Made by a program: the position numbers and the translations under genes | Notes under the pieces: model-generated | Seen by the model: only the letters and a program-made list of their open reading frames with translations | Databases searched by the model: none | What the model was told of the DNA's origin: nothing | Source of the DNA: a virus | Taxonomy: Duplodnaviria > Heunggongvirae > Uroviricota > Caudoviricetes | Strand: one strand, 5' to 3' | DNA: 64,000 nucleotides | IMG/VR virus record: IMGVR_UViG_3300044858_003749 | Part shown: piece after piece, positions 1 through 9,746 of the stretch | Layout: every line of letters starts with the position of its first letter | Numbering within the stretch: the stretch's first letter is position 1

Positions 1-2
1 CT

Positions 3-188
3 AATGATAAATCTTGGGGAACTTTGGAAGAGGTTGCTCATAACAGAAATGCTTCAGTAAAAACGTTACAAAATATTATTAATAACTTAGAAACTTTTGA
101 AAGAAAAGGTGATTCTAGTGATTGGCTTATTGGACATCTTAAAGATTTTTGTACTCAACGATCTTTATTTTTAACGTCTAACTCGTAA
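3..188 (+). CDS. hypothetical protein, 3' end of a gene that starts upstream of the window
   Basis: Open frame with no stops from position 3 to a TAA at 186-188. Confidence 0.35.
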   Translation, partial: NDKSWGTLEEVAHNRNASVKTLQNIINNLETFERKGDSSDWLIGHLKDFCTQRSLFLTSNS

Positions 189-222
189 TAGATACATTAT
201 AATAACAAAGGAGGTAAACAAC

Positions 223-471
223 TTGCCAACATACCCAATTTATAATAAGGACACCGGAGAAAGAAGTGAAATCGTTCTTTCTTTAGATGAATGGGATAAA
301 TTTAAAGACGAAAATCCCAACATTATTCGGGATTGGTCTGATCCATCAACAGCTCCTTCCTCAGTGGAACAAGGAGAATGGAAGGATAAATTAGCCAAAT
401 CTCATCCAGGTTGGAATGAAATGCTTGGAAGAATGTCAAAGGTTCCTGGTTCAAAAGTACAAAAAATCTAA
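223..471 (+). CDS. hypothetical small protein (TTG start)
   Basis: 82-aa ORF. A strong Shine-Dalgarno 'AAGGAGGT' lies 7 nt upstream of the TTG start. Confidence 0.4.
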   Translation: MPTYPIYNKDTGERSEIVLSLDEWDKFKDENPNIIRDWSDPSTAPSSVEQGEWKDKLAKSHPGWNEMLGRMSKVPGSKVQKI

Positions 472-475
472 CCAT

Positions 476-1228
476 ATGTCAAGAAAAAGAAAGCCCTCAG
501 GTCAAGTCGGAATTAGTACAACCTTTAAAAACAGAAAAAAACCACAGAAAATAACTCTGGAACAGATGGTTGAATTACAGCCATTAACCGAAAATCAAGA
601 GAAATTTTTTGATCTTTACGACAGCGGTAAGTGTATGGTTGCCTATGGTTATCAAGGCACTGGTAAGACGTTCTTAACACTCTATAAAGCTTTAGAGGAA
701 GTTCTGGACCCTACAACCCCTTATGATAAAGTTTTGATTGTAAGATCTATGGTTCCAACTAGGGAGATTGGTTTTCTCCCCGGTTCTCTTGACGATAAGC
801 AATCTGAGTACGAGCGTCCTTACAAGTATATGATTAAAAAGCTCTTTGAGTTAAATACCGAAGAGGAATATGAACTACTTTACGGTGCCTTAAAAAATCA
901 AAAATCGTTATACTTTCTTTCAACCAGTTTTATTCGTGGTGAAACTTTTGACGATTGTATTATTATCGTAGATGAATTCCAAAATTTGTCATCGCATGAA
1001 AATTCTTCTATCATAACTCGTGTTGGTGAAAATTCAAAGATTATGTTCTGTGGTGATGCAGCTCAGAGTGATTTAATTAAGCTGAGTGAAAAATCTGGAA
1101 TTCTTGATTTTATTCGGATTCTAAAAAGAATGAATTCCATCGATTTTGTTGAGTTCGGTATTGATGACATCGTAAGATCTTCATTGGTGAAAGAGTTTAT
1201 TATTGCCAAAACTGAGTTGGGTCTATAA
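476..1228 (+). CDS. phoH: PhoH-like phosphate-starvation-inducible ATPase
   Basis: Walker A 'GYQGTGKTFL' and a PhoH-like core ('DEFQNL', 'GDAAQSDL'). An ATG at 476 immediately follows the stop of the upstream ORF. The ORF-track start is 416. Confidence 0.85.
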   Translation: MSRKRKPSGQVGISTTFKNRKKPQKITLEQMVELQPLTENQEKFFDLYDSGKCMVAYGYQGTGKTFLTLYKALEEVLDPTTPYDKVLIVRSMVPTREIGFLPGSLDDKQSEYERPYKYMIKKLFELNTEEEYELLYGALKNQKSLYFLSTSFIRGETFDDCIIIVDEFQNLSSHENSSIITRVGENSKIMFCGDAAQSDLIKLSEKSGILDFIRILKRMNSIDFVEFGIDDIVRSSLVKEFIIAKTELGL

Positions 1229-1271
1229 TACCAACACACTTCCTAGCCATTCTTTAATCCATAAAACGCGC

Positions 1272-1300
1272 TTGACAACTCAGGCGCTTTGTGGTATGAT
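1272..1300 (+). promoter_or_regulatory. sigma70-like promoter, TTGACA-17nt-TATGAT with extended -10 TGn
   Basis: TTGACA at 1272-1277 and TATGAT at 1295-1300 with a 17-nt spacer and TGG immediately upstream. A paralogous copy sits at 38341-38368. Confidence 0.4.
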
Positions 1301-1322
1301 GGGGCTTCAGTTGAAGAAGAAA

Positions 1323-1886
1323 ATGGAAAACGAATTTAATGAATTAAAGATGGTATCAATGGATATCAAAGACACCGCTGGCTTTATTCAGAATGATCTG
1401 CGTAAATGTTTAGATGATGGAGTAATAACAAGATCAGAACTCTGGGATGACTATTACGAGTTCAAACAACGGATGTCTTATCATAAGATCCGACTTGAAC
1501 AAATAGAGAAAAAAGTCCGTGAAGAGTTTTTAAAATTTTATGACGAATCCTCAACAGTAAGAGTAAAGGGCAAATGTTACGCACGTTTTACTGGAAAAAA
1601 TGGTTATGACTTTGAAAATAAACAAGCCAACTCAATTCTAGAAAAAGGTGAAGTTTATACTGTCGTCGGTGGAAGAATGGGTGGGATGAAAACTCATATC
1701 GTTTTAGAAGGTTACGAGAACACTTCCTTCAATTCTGTTATGTTTGATATTGAAGGTGAACTTCCTTTTAAGTATGAGGATAGTTATGTTACCAGTGAAC
1801 AATTAATGAAATGGGTAAAAGAATATAAAGATAATAAAGACAATGAAGACATTCACACACAACCCAATAACGCTACCGAAGCTTAA
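1323..1886 (+). CDS. hypothetical protein
   Basis: Long ORF (track 1203..1886). The ATG at 1323 is the first start downstream of the promoter-like element. The true start is uncertain. Confidence 0.4.
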   Translation: MENEFNELKMVSMDIKDTAGFIQNDLRKCLDDGVITRSELWDDYYEFKQRMSYHKIRLEQIEKKVREEFLKFYDESSTVRVKGKCYARFTGKNGYDFENKQANSILEKGEVYTVVGGRMGGMKTHIVLEGYENTSFNSVMFDIEGELPFKYEDSYVTSEQLMKWVKEYKDNKDNEDIHTQPNNATEA

Positions 1887-2838
1887 ACAAGTCAATCTAC
1901 CAGGATTAAGATACTATACAAAAGAAGGAACCGAAACAAAATTCGTTTCAGTCACATCTGTTATTTCACATAACACCAAACACAAATTCACAGATTGGCG
2001 AAAGGAAGTAGGTGAAAAAGAGGCCAATAGAGTTACGAACAGATCAACAACCAGAGGCACAAAAACTCACTCTCTCGTTGAATCTTATGTTGGTAATGAA
2101 CCACTTCTTGAAGAAGTCTTTAAACCGGAAGAAGACAATAAGATCTCCAATTTACTCAATCCTTACGATACAATTCGGGCAAAAAAGAATTCCGTTACTA
2201 TTGATGTTTACCGAGAATCGGAAGATCCTCTTAAAGTAGTAATAAGCGCAGGCAATATCATAGGTGATATTCTCGGTAAGATTTTCAAAGAATTTGGTGA
2301 AATCGTTATTGATGAAAAGTCAACTCAATATAAAAAGACGATTTACGTTCAGGCTTCTTATTATAACTTCGTCAATTTTTGTCTAGAATTATTTGAGGAT
2401 TCTAAGCTCTATAAAGATACAGTAGAATCATACAAGAGACTCCCGTTTTTTCTGTTTGAGAATCTTAAACCGGAACTCAACAAAATTGATAACATTCTGG
2501 GTATTGAGATTCCTCTTCATAGTGAATACTTCGGTCTTGCTGGCACTTCCGACTGTATTGCTAAGTACAATGGAATTCTGAGTATTATTGACTATAAGAC
2601 CTCAGAATACATCAAAAAGAAAGAGTGGATTTTTGATTACTTTGTTCAGGCTGTTGCTTATCGTTATATGCTAAAAGAGCTAACCGGAATAGATGCTCCG
2701 CAACTTGTGATCTTTATGGCTGCGGAAAACGGAGAAATTAAAACATTTGTGGAGACTAACTTCACACCCTATGCACGAAAACTCGTAGAATATATCAGAA
2801 ATTTTAAAAATGCCAAAAACCAAGAAATTGCAGATTGA
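1843..2838 (+). CDS. hypothetical protein, possible PD-(D/E)xK nuclease fold
   Basis: 331-aa ORF. Motif 'GTSDCIAKY...SIIDYKTSEY' resembles a D...(D/E)xK nuclease core. Confidence 0.4.
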   Translation: MKTFTHNPITLPKLKQVNLPGLRYYTKEGTETKFVSVTSVISHNTKHKFTDWRKEVGEKEANRVTNRSTTRGTKTHSLVESYVGNEPLLEEVFKPEEDNKISNLLNPYDTIRAKKNSVTIDVYRESEDPLKVVISAGNIIGDILGKIFKEFGEIVIDEKSTQYKKTIYVQASYYNFVNFCLELFEDSKLYKDTVESYKRLPFFLFENLKPELNKIDNILGIEIPLHSEYFGLAGTSDCIAKYNGILSIIDYKTSEYIKKKEWIFDYFVQAVAYRYMLKELTGIDAPQLVIFMAAENGEIKTFVETNFTPYARKLVEYIRNFKNAKNQEIAD

Positions 2839-3091
2839 AGAAGAATTAGAAAAAGAGTTTAATAAGAAGTTCATATCACAAGAAAAGTTCGCCGAAGAGA
2901 TTGAAACTTATTTTCAAGATAACGGCTACAGCAATTACTTTACCGCAATGGCTGATTATTGTGAAGAGAATAACATTGACATTGAATCAGTACCAAAACT
3001 AATCTCAAAACAATTCAAAAAGAAGATTGAACATCAAGCATCAAAGTTGCATTTAGTGAAGTTCAAACCTCTACCAGAATTGCCATTTTGA
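2810..3091 (+). CDS. hypothetical protein
   Basis: 93-aa ORF. Its start overlaps the stop of the upstream gene (operon-like). Confidence 0.35.
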   Translation: MPKTKKLQIEEELEKEFNKKFISQEKFAEEIETYFQDNGYSNYFTAMADYCEENNIDIESVPKLISKQFKKKIEHQASKLHLVKFKPLPELPF

Positions 3092-3684
3092 AACAAACTC
3101 CTTATGAATGTTACACAATATATCTCGCATTAAAACAACATTTCTCTAATGAGAATTACGACTTTCTTCAATACAACGGAAAAGTCAGGACATCAATAAA
3201 AACCTACAACAAGAGAAACGATCGATATTTTTTTGAGAAGTTAAGTAGAAAATACGACCGACAAGAAATTATTGAATACTTTGTTGCCTCTTTTATTCAC
3301 TCCGATAATCCATCTTCATTGTGGATCGGAGATTTAAAAAGCACGGGAGACGAAATCTATACATCATGGAAAGCCAACATCCAGGCACTAACTTATCGGT
3401 TTACAGAAGATCTAAAGAAATTAACTGAATCACAACATTTATATGAGTGTATTCAGTCTAAAGAAACAAAACATCCTCCAATTATAAAAGCCTTTCTAAG
3501 AAACGACATTACTTTGGAAACTTTGTTTATTCTTGAGGATATTTTACATTTTATGAAAGAAAGTGATTATGATCCTATTCTAAAGACGATTAATTTCAAG
3601 ATTAAAAAATATCGTCCGTTCTTTGAGTACAATAAAAGTTACTTTATAGAACAGATGAAAACAATATGCTATCAGAAAACTTAA
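3088..3684 (+). CDS. hypothetical protein
   Basis: 198-aa ORF with a 4-nt overlap with the upstream gene. Confidence 0.4.
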   Translation: MKQTPYECYTIYLALKQHFSNENYDFLQYNGKVRTSIKTYNKRNDRYFFEKLSRKYDRQEIIEYFVASFIHSDNPSSLWIGDLKSTGDEIYTSWKANIQALTYRFTEDLKKLTESQHLYECIQSKETKHPPIIKAFLRNDITLETLFILEDILHFMKESDYDPILKTINFKIKKYRPFFEYNKSYFIEQMKTICYQKT

Positions 3685-4250
3685 TAACAGAAATAAAACA
3701 CAGAATACATGAGCATCATAATCTATACGACCTAAGTGTAAAAGGTGAATATTGGGAAGAAATATTAGCGAAATCAATATTAGCTATAGGTGGAACAACT
3801 GATTGGGAGGCGGAAAGAACTCATACGATAGGAAAGGATCAGATTTGTAGTTGGGATAATTATCAAAACAAGAGAATCTCAAACAAAAGTGGAGTTTATA
3901 CAATCTCATCAAACACACTAAAAATCAATGGTTCCCGTAGCACAACATATCAAACACTAGAAGAAAAGATAGATTACTTTGCTGATAAACAAGAAGATTA
4001 TTATTTCTGTTTAGCCACATCAACTCTAAAGAAAGATATAAATTACTACTTGTTCTTTTTTGCGTCATCTTTATTAGATTATAAGAATGCAGAATGGAAA
4101 GAACAACACAACGAACAACAAAAGCTTATCGGGTGGAACTGTGATACTCCGATATACAAAGCCTGGATAAAACGAAATATGTCAGATCAATTATGGACGC
4201 ACATCAAACTAACACCAGCGAATCTTACACCGACAATTCTGGAACGATAA
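3666..4250 (+). CDS. hypothetical protein
   Basis: 194-aa ORF in the same co-directional block. Confidence 0.4.
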   Translation: MLSENLITEIKHRIHEHHNLYDLSVKGEYWEEILAKSILAIGGTTDWEAERTHTIGKDQICSWDNYQNKRISNKSGVYTISSNTLKINGSRSTTYQTLEEKIDYFADKQEDYYFCLATSTLKKDINYYLFFFASSLLDYKNAEWKEQHNEQQKLIGWNCDTPIYKAWIKRNMSDQLWTHIKLTPANLTPTILER

Positions 4251-4993
4251 GACTCTATCGCGGTGATTGTTTAGATGTTCTTCCATCTATAGATGACAAC
4301 TCGGTAGATATGGTTATGTGTGATCTACCTTATATGAAAACAGCTTGTTCTTGGGACCACATTATTCCACCAGAAGAATTATGGAAACAATACAACCGAA
4401 TCTGTAAAGAAAATGCTGCAATGGTCTTTACGGCAGTTCAACCTTTCACCACACTTCTTATCAGTTCCAATCTTAAGAACTTTCGTTATGAGTTAATCTG
4501 GGAGAAACCACAAGGAACCAATCCCTTAAACAAAGACTACATGCCTCTTAGGTCACATGAGAATATTTTAGTCTTTTATCGCAGACCACCTACCTACAAT
4601 CCACAGATGGAAAAAGGTAGTCCCTACAAGGGTTTTCAGTCACAAAAATCGCTTATTGGGGAAATATACGGTTCGGTCAAAAGTAAGCACCGAAACAATG
4701 TAGAAGGAACAAGATACCCTAAAACCGTTCTTAAGTTTCAACAAGAAAAAGGATTACATCCAACACAAAAGCCTGTTCCTCTTATGGAATATCTCATAAG
4801 AACTTACACGAACGAAGGTGATACTGTTCTAGATAATACTATGGGTAGCGGCACTACCGGAGTAGCCTGCATAAATTCCCAAAGAAATTTTATCGGAATG
4901 GAGAGCGAAGAAGCTATCTATAATACAGCATTAAAGCGAATTAAAGAAGAACATCTTCGGTCTCGGATGAATATCATGGAATTATTGAGCTAA
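4193..4993 (+). CDS. DNA methyltransferase (N6-adenine or N4-cytosine, beta-class motif order)
   Basis: Catalytic 'DLPY' (DPPY-type) motif in the N-terminal part. The AdoMet motif 'DNTMGSGTTGVAC' is near the C-terminus. Confidence 0.8.
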   Translation: MDAHQTNTSESYTDNSGTIRLYRGDCLDVLPSIDDNSVDMVMCDLPYMKTACSWDHIIPPEELWKQYNRICKENAAMVFTAVQPFTTLLISSNLKNFRYELIWEKPQGTNPLNKDYMPLRSHENILVFYRRPPTYNPQMEKGSPYKGFQSQKSLIGEIYGSVKSKHRNNVEGTRYPKTVLKFQQEKGLHPTQKPVPLMEYLIRTYTNEGDTVLDNTMGSGTTGVACINSQRNFIGMESEEAIYNTALKRIKEEHLRSRMNIMELLS

Positions 4994-5011
4994 TAACAAC
5001 ACAAGAAAATT

Positions 5012-5626
5012 ATGAAAGAATTTACACCGAATCAGGCGATTGTTGATCCCGAAACACACGAAAAAGTAGTTAAACTACTTGATAGGATTAAAGATGAGGC
5101 AGAAAAATCCAAGTGGGTCTGGGAAGATGTTCCACCAGAGGAAGACGATTATATTGAATCCTATAATATTAGTTTTGATTTTGACTTGTTAGAAATTTTA
5201 GAGAAAAGGATTCTCGATGATAAAAATTCAACGCCATGGGAAACTGTTATAATAAAACGTGGGAATTGTGAGACTTCATACTATAGGCAATTTAAAACCG
5301 AGGAAAGTTATAAAAATTATCTAAGTGAGCATAAAAAATATACTAAAGAAATTGCGCCTTATATTTTTGGTTATTGTAAGACTGCGTGTGGAATCTATAA
5401 AAACAAGTCATTAGAATTTCAGGATCTCAAATTTAAATCCTTTGATAATCTGATTACACATCTTAAAAAATTAACTGAAGATAAAAATATTATTCTAGTA
5501 CGCTTCGGATATGCACATTTTGAGTTTAAAACTATTCTTGACGATAAACTTGGATTTAAGGATACTATTGAATTAGAAGAGCCCGATTCTTACTTCTACA
5601 TCAAATTCGCTCTTGTAGACAAGTAA
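5012..5626 (+). CDS. hypothetical protein
   Basis: 204-aa ORF. Confidence 0.4.
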   Translation: MKEFTPNQAIVDPETHEKVVKLLDRIKDEAEKSKWVWEDVPPEEDDYIESYNISFDFDLLEILEKRILDDKNSTPWETVIIKRGNCETSYYRQFKTEESYKNYLSEHKKYTKEIAPYIFGYCKTACGIYKNKSLEFQDLKFKSFDNLITHLKKLTEDKNIILVRFGYAHFEFKTILDDKLGFKDTIELEEPDSYFYIKFALVDK

Positions 5627-5735
5627 AATTATGAGTATTATTTTTGCGTGATTAATGGGCGAATAAATAAATCTGGGTTGGTAAACCCCTAAAGCTTCCA
5701 TTTTTAAACACAACCATTTTAACTAATTTAACAAC

Positions 5736-6698
5736 ATGTTTTCTGACTTTAAACAACTTAAAAAATCATCTTCAATCGGCTCATTAACTCAAAAACTTAT
5801 TGAGCATTCCGAGAAACTATCAAAGGCTTCATCTACAAAAGACGATAGAATTTTTAGCGTAGATCGTGACAAAAAAACCGGAACTGGCTTTGCTATTGTA
5901 CGGTTTATGCCACCACCGCCTAATGAGCCTAGCTCATGTGTTAAAATCGTAAATCACAATTTTAAGTATAACGGCAAGTATTTAAACGAGAATTGCCCAA
6001 ATCACACTCCCGGAATCACCAAGAGAGATTGTCCTATTTGTGATTCTAATCGTGAACTTTGGGCAACAGAAGTTGAAACCAATAAGCAAATCGCATCACT
6101 AAGAAAGCTGCGAACTTCTTATTATACTAACGTCTATATTGTTAAGAACCCAGCAAATCCAGAATTGGAAGGTCGGGTTATGCTTTATCGCTTCGGTGTT
6201 AAACTTTTTGAAAAAATTGAAAACGCCCGCAAGGAAAAGTATGTTGGGGATACCAATGTAATTGAACCGTATGATCTTTTTGACAGCGGTGCTAATTTCC
6301 GAATTGTTGTAAAAACTCAGGTTGATTCTAAGAACAACAAAGAATTTCCTGAATATTCGGAATCCGGCTTTGAATCAAAAGGTGCTCTCTTTTCTGATGA
6401 CACAAGACTAGAAGCCGTCTGGCGCCAGTGTCATTCTCTCCAGGAACTTATTTCACCAGAGAAGTTCCGCTCTTATGAAGATATTGAAAAAAGTCTTCGT
6501 CGGGTTATGGGAGTTTCTGCTAATTCTGTTCAGGCGCAAGAGGCTGAACTGGAAGAAGTTGCACAGGCGGTTAATGACGACTCCATTATGAGTGAACTAG
6601 AGGCTCATTATAAGAGCAAAAACAATCCGCTAGATGAGGAAAATTCCTCGCTAGAAGATGCTCTTAAGGCCTTTGAAGAACTAGAGATGGACGACTAA
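5736..6698 (+). CDS. gp32: single-stranded DNA-binding protein (T4 gp32-like)
   Basis: N-terminal 'FAIVRFMPPP', a zinc-ligand pattern 'CPNH...DCPICDS', and an acidic C-terminal tail 'EELEMDD'. The size of 320 aa fits. Confidence 0.85.
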   Translation: MFSDFKQLKKSSSIGSLTQKLIEHSEKLSKASSTKDDRIFSVDRDKKTGTGFAIVRFMPPPPNEPSSCVKIVNHNFKYNGKYLNENCPNHTPGITKRDCPICDSNRELWATEVETNKQIASLRKLRTSYYTNVYIVKNPANPELEGRVMLYRFGVKLFEKIENARKEKYVGDTNVIEPYDLFDSGANFRIVVKTQVDSKNNKEFPEYSESGFESKGALFSDDTRLEAVWRQCHSLQELISPEKFRSYEDIEKSLRRVMGVSANSVQAQEAELEEVAQAVNDDSIMSELEAHYKSKNNPLDEENSSLEDALKAFEELEMDD

Positions 6699-7693
6699 TT
6701 AAACAGTCTAATATTATCACCCTTCTTAAGGGAACGGCTCTCATATTGAGAGCTTTTTTTATACCTCATAATATTCTCAATATCCTCAAATAAGATGCCA
6801 AGATAGGCTGGTTTAAGAATATAAATTCCCCTCTTTTTCTCTTCTTTCTCTATTTCGTAATCGTAGTTTGTTATTGGCTCAACGAATGTAGATTTTGGCA
6901 CATGCACAGTATATCCCAAACCCTCATCAAAAAATTCATAATAATAAGAGTTAGCAGTAAAGCTACTATTTTCTGCTAAGGTAAAATGTACTTCTTCAAC
7001 TCTTGGATTCGCAAGAATTGGATTTGGGTTTGCTGGAATTTCGTTTAGAGCGAATTCAAAGGATTCAACAGTTCCATTATCTTCTTGTAGAATATTACTT
7101 ATAATAAACTGTCCGTTATATTCGCTTTCTGTTACGTTAATAATCGTTATTTGAGTTCCGACTTCTAGACCAACGATTCCGTCAACTAGAGAGACTGTTG
7201 CCTTTGTTCCATCACTTGTTAAGGTATTAATCTTAGAGTTGATAACTTCTATAAAATTACCGTTGGTTTTCCAAGTAGGTGATACCCTGATATTCCCTGG
7301 AAGCATTTTAATTCCCAAAGAATTTAAAATTTCTCTTGTTTGATAATGATGAATACCTGAGTATAATTGATCATAAGACCCATACTTTTGTAGCATTATC
7401 TTATCAAAAACATAAGAAGGCAACGGCCACTCTTCTTGTGCATTGATAATATTATTAGAAAGAAAAACAACCCAATCTAATGTTGGATCATCATAAACTT
7501 TATTTGCTACTTGATCAGCTCTCTCATCACCTTCAATTTGATAATCCTCAAAATAAGCCAGATTGGTGAAAATACTCGGAACTATCTGCCCTCTTCTAAA
7601 GAAGTTCTTTACAACAGTGTATTCAGAAATTTTAGAATCTGGTAAAAGACTTATGTAATTGAAGTCTGAAACGTAACTGAAGTAATGAGCCAT
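6695..7693 (-). CDS. baseplate/tail-tube structural protein (gp54-like by size and order)
   Basis: 332-aa ORF, last gene of a minus-strand block of 150/186/329/332 aa. This matches the T4-type gp4-gp53-gp48-gp54 sizes. The assignment rests on context only. Confidence 0.4.
   Translation of the reverse strand: MAHYFSYVSDFNYISLLPDSKISEYTVVKNFFRRGQIVPSIFTNLAYFEDYQIEGDERADQVANKVYDDPTLDWVVFLSNNIINAQEEWPLPSYVFDKIMLQKYGSYDQLYSGIHHYQTREILNSLGIKMLPGNIRVSPTWKTNGNFIEVINSKINTLTSDGTKATVSLVDGIVGLEVGTQITIINVTESEYNGQFIISNILQEDNGTVESFEFALNEIPANPNPILANPRVEEVHFTLAENSSFTANSYYYEFFDEGLGYTVHVPKSTFVEPITNYDYEIEKEEKKRGIYILKPAYLGILFEDIENIMRYKKSSQYESRSLKKGDNIRLFN
6737..6760 (+). terminator. rho-independent terminator after gp32
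   Basis: Stem GCTCTC/GAGAGC with a 5-nt loop, followed by 7 T's. It lies at the convergent junction with the minus-strand structural gene. Confidence 0.5.
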
Positions 7694-8682
7694 TAGTAGC
7701 CTATTGAATGATTGATTGTTTCCGCTGTTTCATAATCAACATCGTAAATAGGAACAATTTCTTGGAAGGTCATGTTAATATTATAAGAAACCATCGTTCC
7801 TTCTTGATATGTCATGTAAGAATTATTAGGTGTATAATCAACAGTGCAATTTTGCAATGCACAATGTTTGATTTTACCAATACCATCGTGTTCTTTTTTA
7901 TTACCCATCATGTACTTAATATCAAAGACATAAGGAGCAGTAAGAAAAAGATTATTCGCTTGTACTCTAGGTGCCATTCCCTGTTTGAAGAATCTTATGA
8001 TCTTCTTCACTTCACTTCCTTCAATTTCGTCTCTCGGTGATAACTTAAAATTGAATGTAAAAGGTCTTAGAGTTGGAGTGCTGAACAATAACTCCAAATT
8101 GGGATTTAAAACTTTACCTGTGGCTCTACTCAATAGACCTTGAACACCAATAATTTGCTCTACCAGATAAAGTCTCCCAAGATTTCCAACATTTCCATCA
8201 CTCAATAGATTTTTCATTGCATCTATTGATGAGTCAACCTGTGGATTATCATCAGACATCATATTATAAGACAAGTTGGCAACTCTTCTTTGTAGATCGT
8301 TCAGAGTGCCATCTGCCCAGGTAACAGCATTGGTGTCTTGGATTTTATCCTGAATCGGGAGAAACACCTCACCAACCTTGGAACCACCTATGTTGATAGA
8401 TGTTGCTTCATATTGATCGGATTCTTTTATTCTGTCTTTTGTTGAAGGGAAAGGAGCCTCTGATGAACCGGGTACTGGGCCAACAGCAGCATCGTCTTTT
8501 TTCTTGGCGTATTGCTTTAACCTAAAGTGAATTCTATCTTGACCTTCAATTTCTCGGCCATTAACAGTCCTATCATTTTTCATATTAATAGGATACATCA
8601 AATAAGACCTCCCAGGATTAACGTCGGGTCTTACGATGTTTTTATTAACAGTCCTTAAATTTTCAGCCGAAATAATTGGCAT
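7693..8682 (-). CDS. baseplate tail-tube cap-like structural protein (gp48-like by size and order)
   Basis: 329-aa ORF. A late-promoter box lies immediately upstream on the minus strand. Confidence 0.4.
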   Translation of the reverse strand: MPIISAENLRTVNKNIVRPDVNPGRSYLMYPINMKNDRTVNGREIEGQDRIHFRLKQYAKKKDDAAVGPVPGSSEAPFPSTKDRIKESDQYEATSINIGGSKVGEVFLPIQDKIQDTNAVTWADGTLNDLQRRVANLSYNMMSDDNPQVDSSIDAMKNLLSDGNVGNLGRLYLVEQIIGVQGLLSRATGKVLNPNLELLFSTPTLRPFTFNFKLSPRDEIEGSEVKKIIRFFKQGMAPRVQANNLFLTAPYVFDIKYMMGNKKEHDGIGKIKHCALQNCTVDYTPNNSYMTYQEGTMVSYNINMTFQEIVPIYDVDYETAETINHSIGY

Positions 8683-8694
8683 TGTTTTTGTTAT

Positions 8695-8702
8695 TATTTA
8701 TA
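8695..8702 (-). promoter_or_regulatory. T4-type late promoter box TATAAATA (minus strand)
   Basis: The reverse complement reads TATAAATA, about 13 nt upstream of the ATG at 8682. Confidence 0.4.
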
Positions 8703-9258
8703 GCTTAATTGGGTAGAATGTTTGTATTCTCATAACATCTTCCAATTCCCACTCTTTTATTTCATAAAATCTTGACTGGAATCTACTATAATCATAATTA
8801 CGGTACATACTCTCAATATATTGTGGAGCGTTCCTCCAGTGTAGGTTTACACCAAATACATGAAAGGATTCTTTATGGAGTATTATAGAAACGGGATAAA
8901 GATCAAAATACTTACCTTTTGTTTTTGCCCAATACTTAAAAGTGTAATATTTTCCTATCTCTAGAGATTCTTCCTGACGACCAAGATTCTGAAGAGTTTC
9001 TACCAATTTATCCCAATAAAAATCAGGTGACTTCCCTGGTGGTAGAGAATCAGCCAACTCTTTTATGCTGTATAACTGCTGCCTATCGCGGATTCTTCTT
9101 TCTTTTGTTACACTAGATTGAATATCAATCTTCGGCTTCTTTTCTTCCTTCTCTAACGCAAGTCTCTTTGCCCGACCAATAAGACTTCCGAATTGGATAT
9201 TTGTGTTAATCCAACGAAGAACCCATTGAGTAGATCTGGAGATTGCGTTTTTAAACAT
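8698..9258 (-). CDS. baseplate wedge-like protein (gp53-like by size and order)
   Basis: 186-aa ORF. Its start overlaps the stop of the upstream minus-strand gene. Confidence 0.35.
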   Translation of the reverse strand: MFKNAISRSTQWVLRWINTNIQFGSLIGRAKRLALEKEEKKPKIDIQSSVTKERRIRDRQQLYSIKELADSLPPGKSPDFYWDKLVETLQNLGRQEESLEIGKYYTFKYWAKTKGKYFDLYPVSIILHKESFHVFGVNLHWRNAPQYIESMYRNYDYSRFQSRFYEIKEWELEDVMRIQTFYPIKL

Positions 9259-9710
9259 CAGACTTTCTTAAGACCTAAGTTTTTTTCTGTAAGTATAATA
9301 AATTCCATTCCATTGTTACGACAAAAATCCTCAGCAAATTTCCATTTAGATTGATTTTTTGCGTAGGTATTACACTCATTAATATAAGTTCTGGTTTTCT
9401 TTCTTCCTTCTTTGGGTGGTAGCGTTTGCTTATAGGGTTTTACTTCAACAAGATATTTCTTTGTTGTCCCATCTGGTTGTAAGACTTCCATGTAAGCATC
9501 TGGGAAATAACGACGAGTTTTCATTGTAGATTCATCCCAATACTTTATGGCGAATGGCTCACTTGACCACTTTAGTATATTGCTACTGGAATCACAAAAT
9601 TGGAACAGATGTCTTTCCCAAGAAGATCTATAAACAATCTCACTAAGATCTCCGATATACTTGTCTGGATTAACGGGGTGATAAAAATTCTGAACCCAAT
9701 TATTGGACAC
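9258..9710 (-). CDS. head completion-like protein (gp4-like by size and order)
   Basis: 150-aa ORF, the same length as T4 gp4. It is the first gene of the minus-strand block, which diverges from the plus-strand structural genes. Confidence 0.35.
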   Translation of the reverse strand: MSNNWVQNFYHPVNPDKYIGDLSEIVYRSSWERHLFQFCDSSSNILKWSSEPFAIKYWDESTMKTRRYFPDAYMEVLQPDGTTKKYLVEVKPYKQTLPPKEGRKKTRTYINECNTYAKNQSKWKFAEDFCRNNGMEFIILTEKNLGLKKV

Positions 9711-9746
9711 TAAATATAGTTTAGACTCTTAATATTTAGAGATAAG

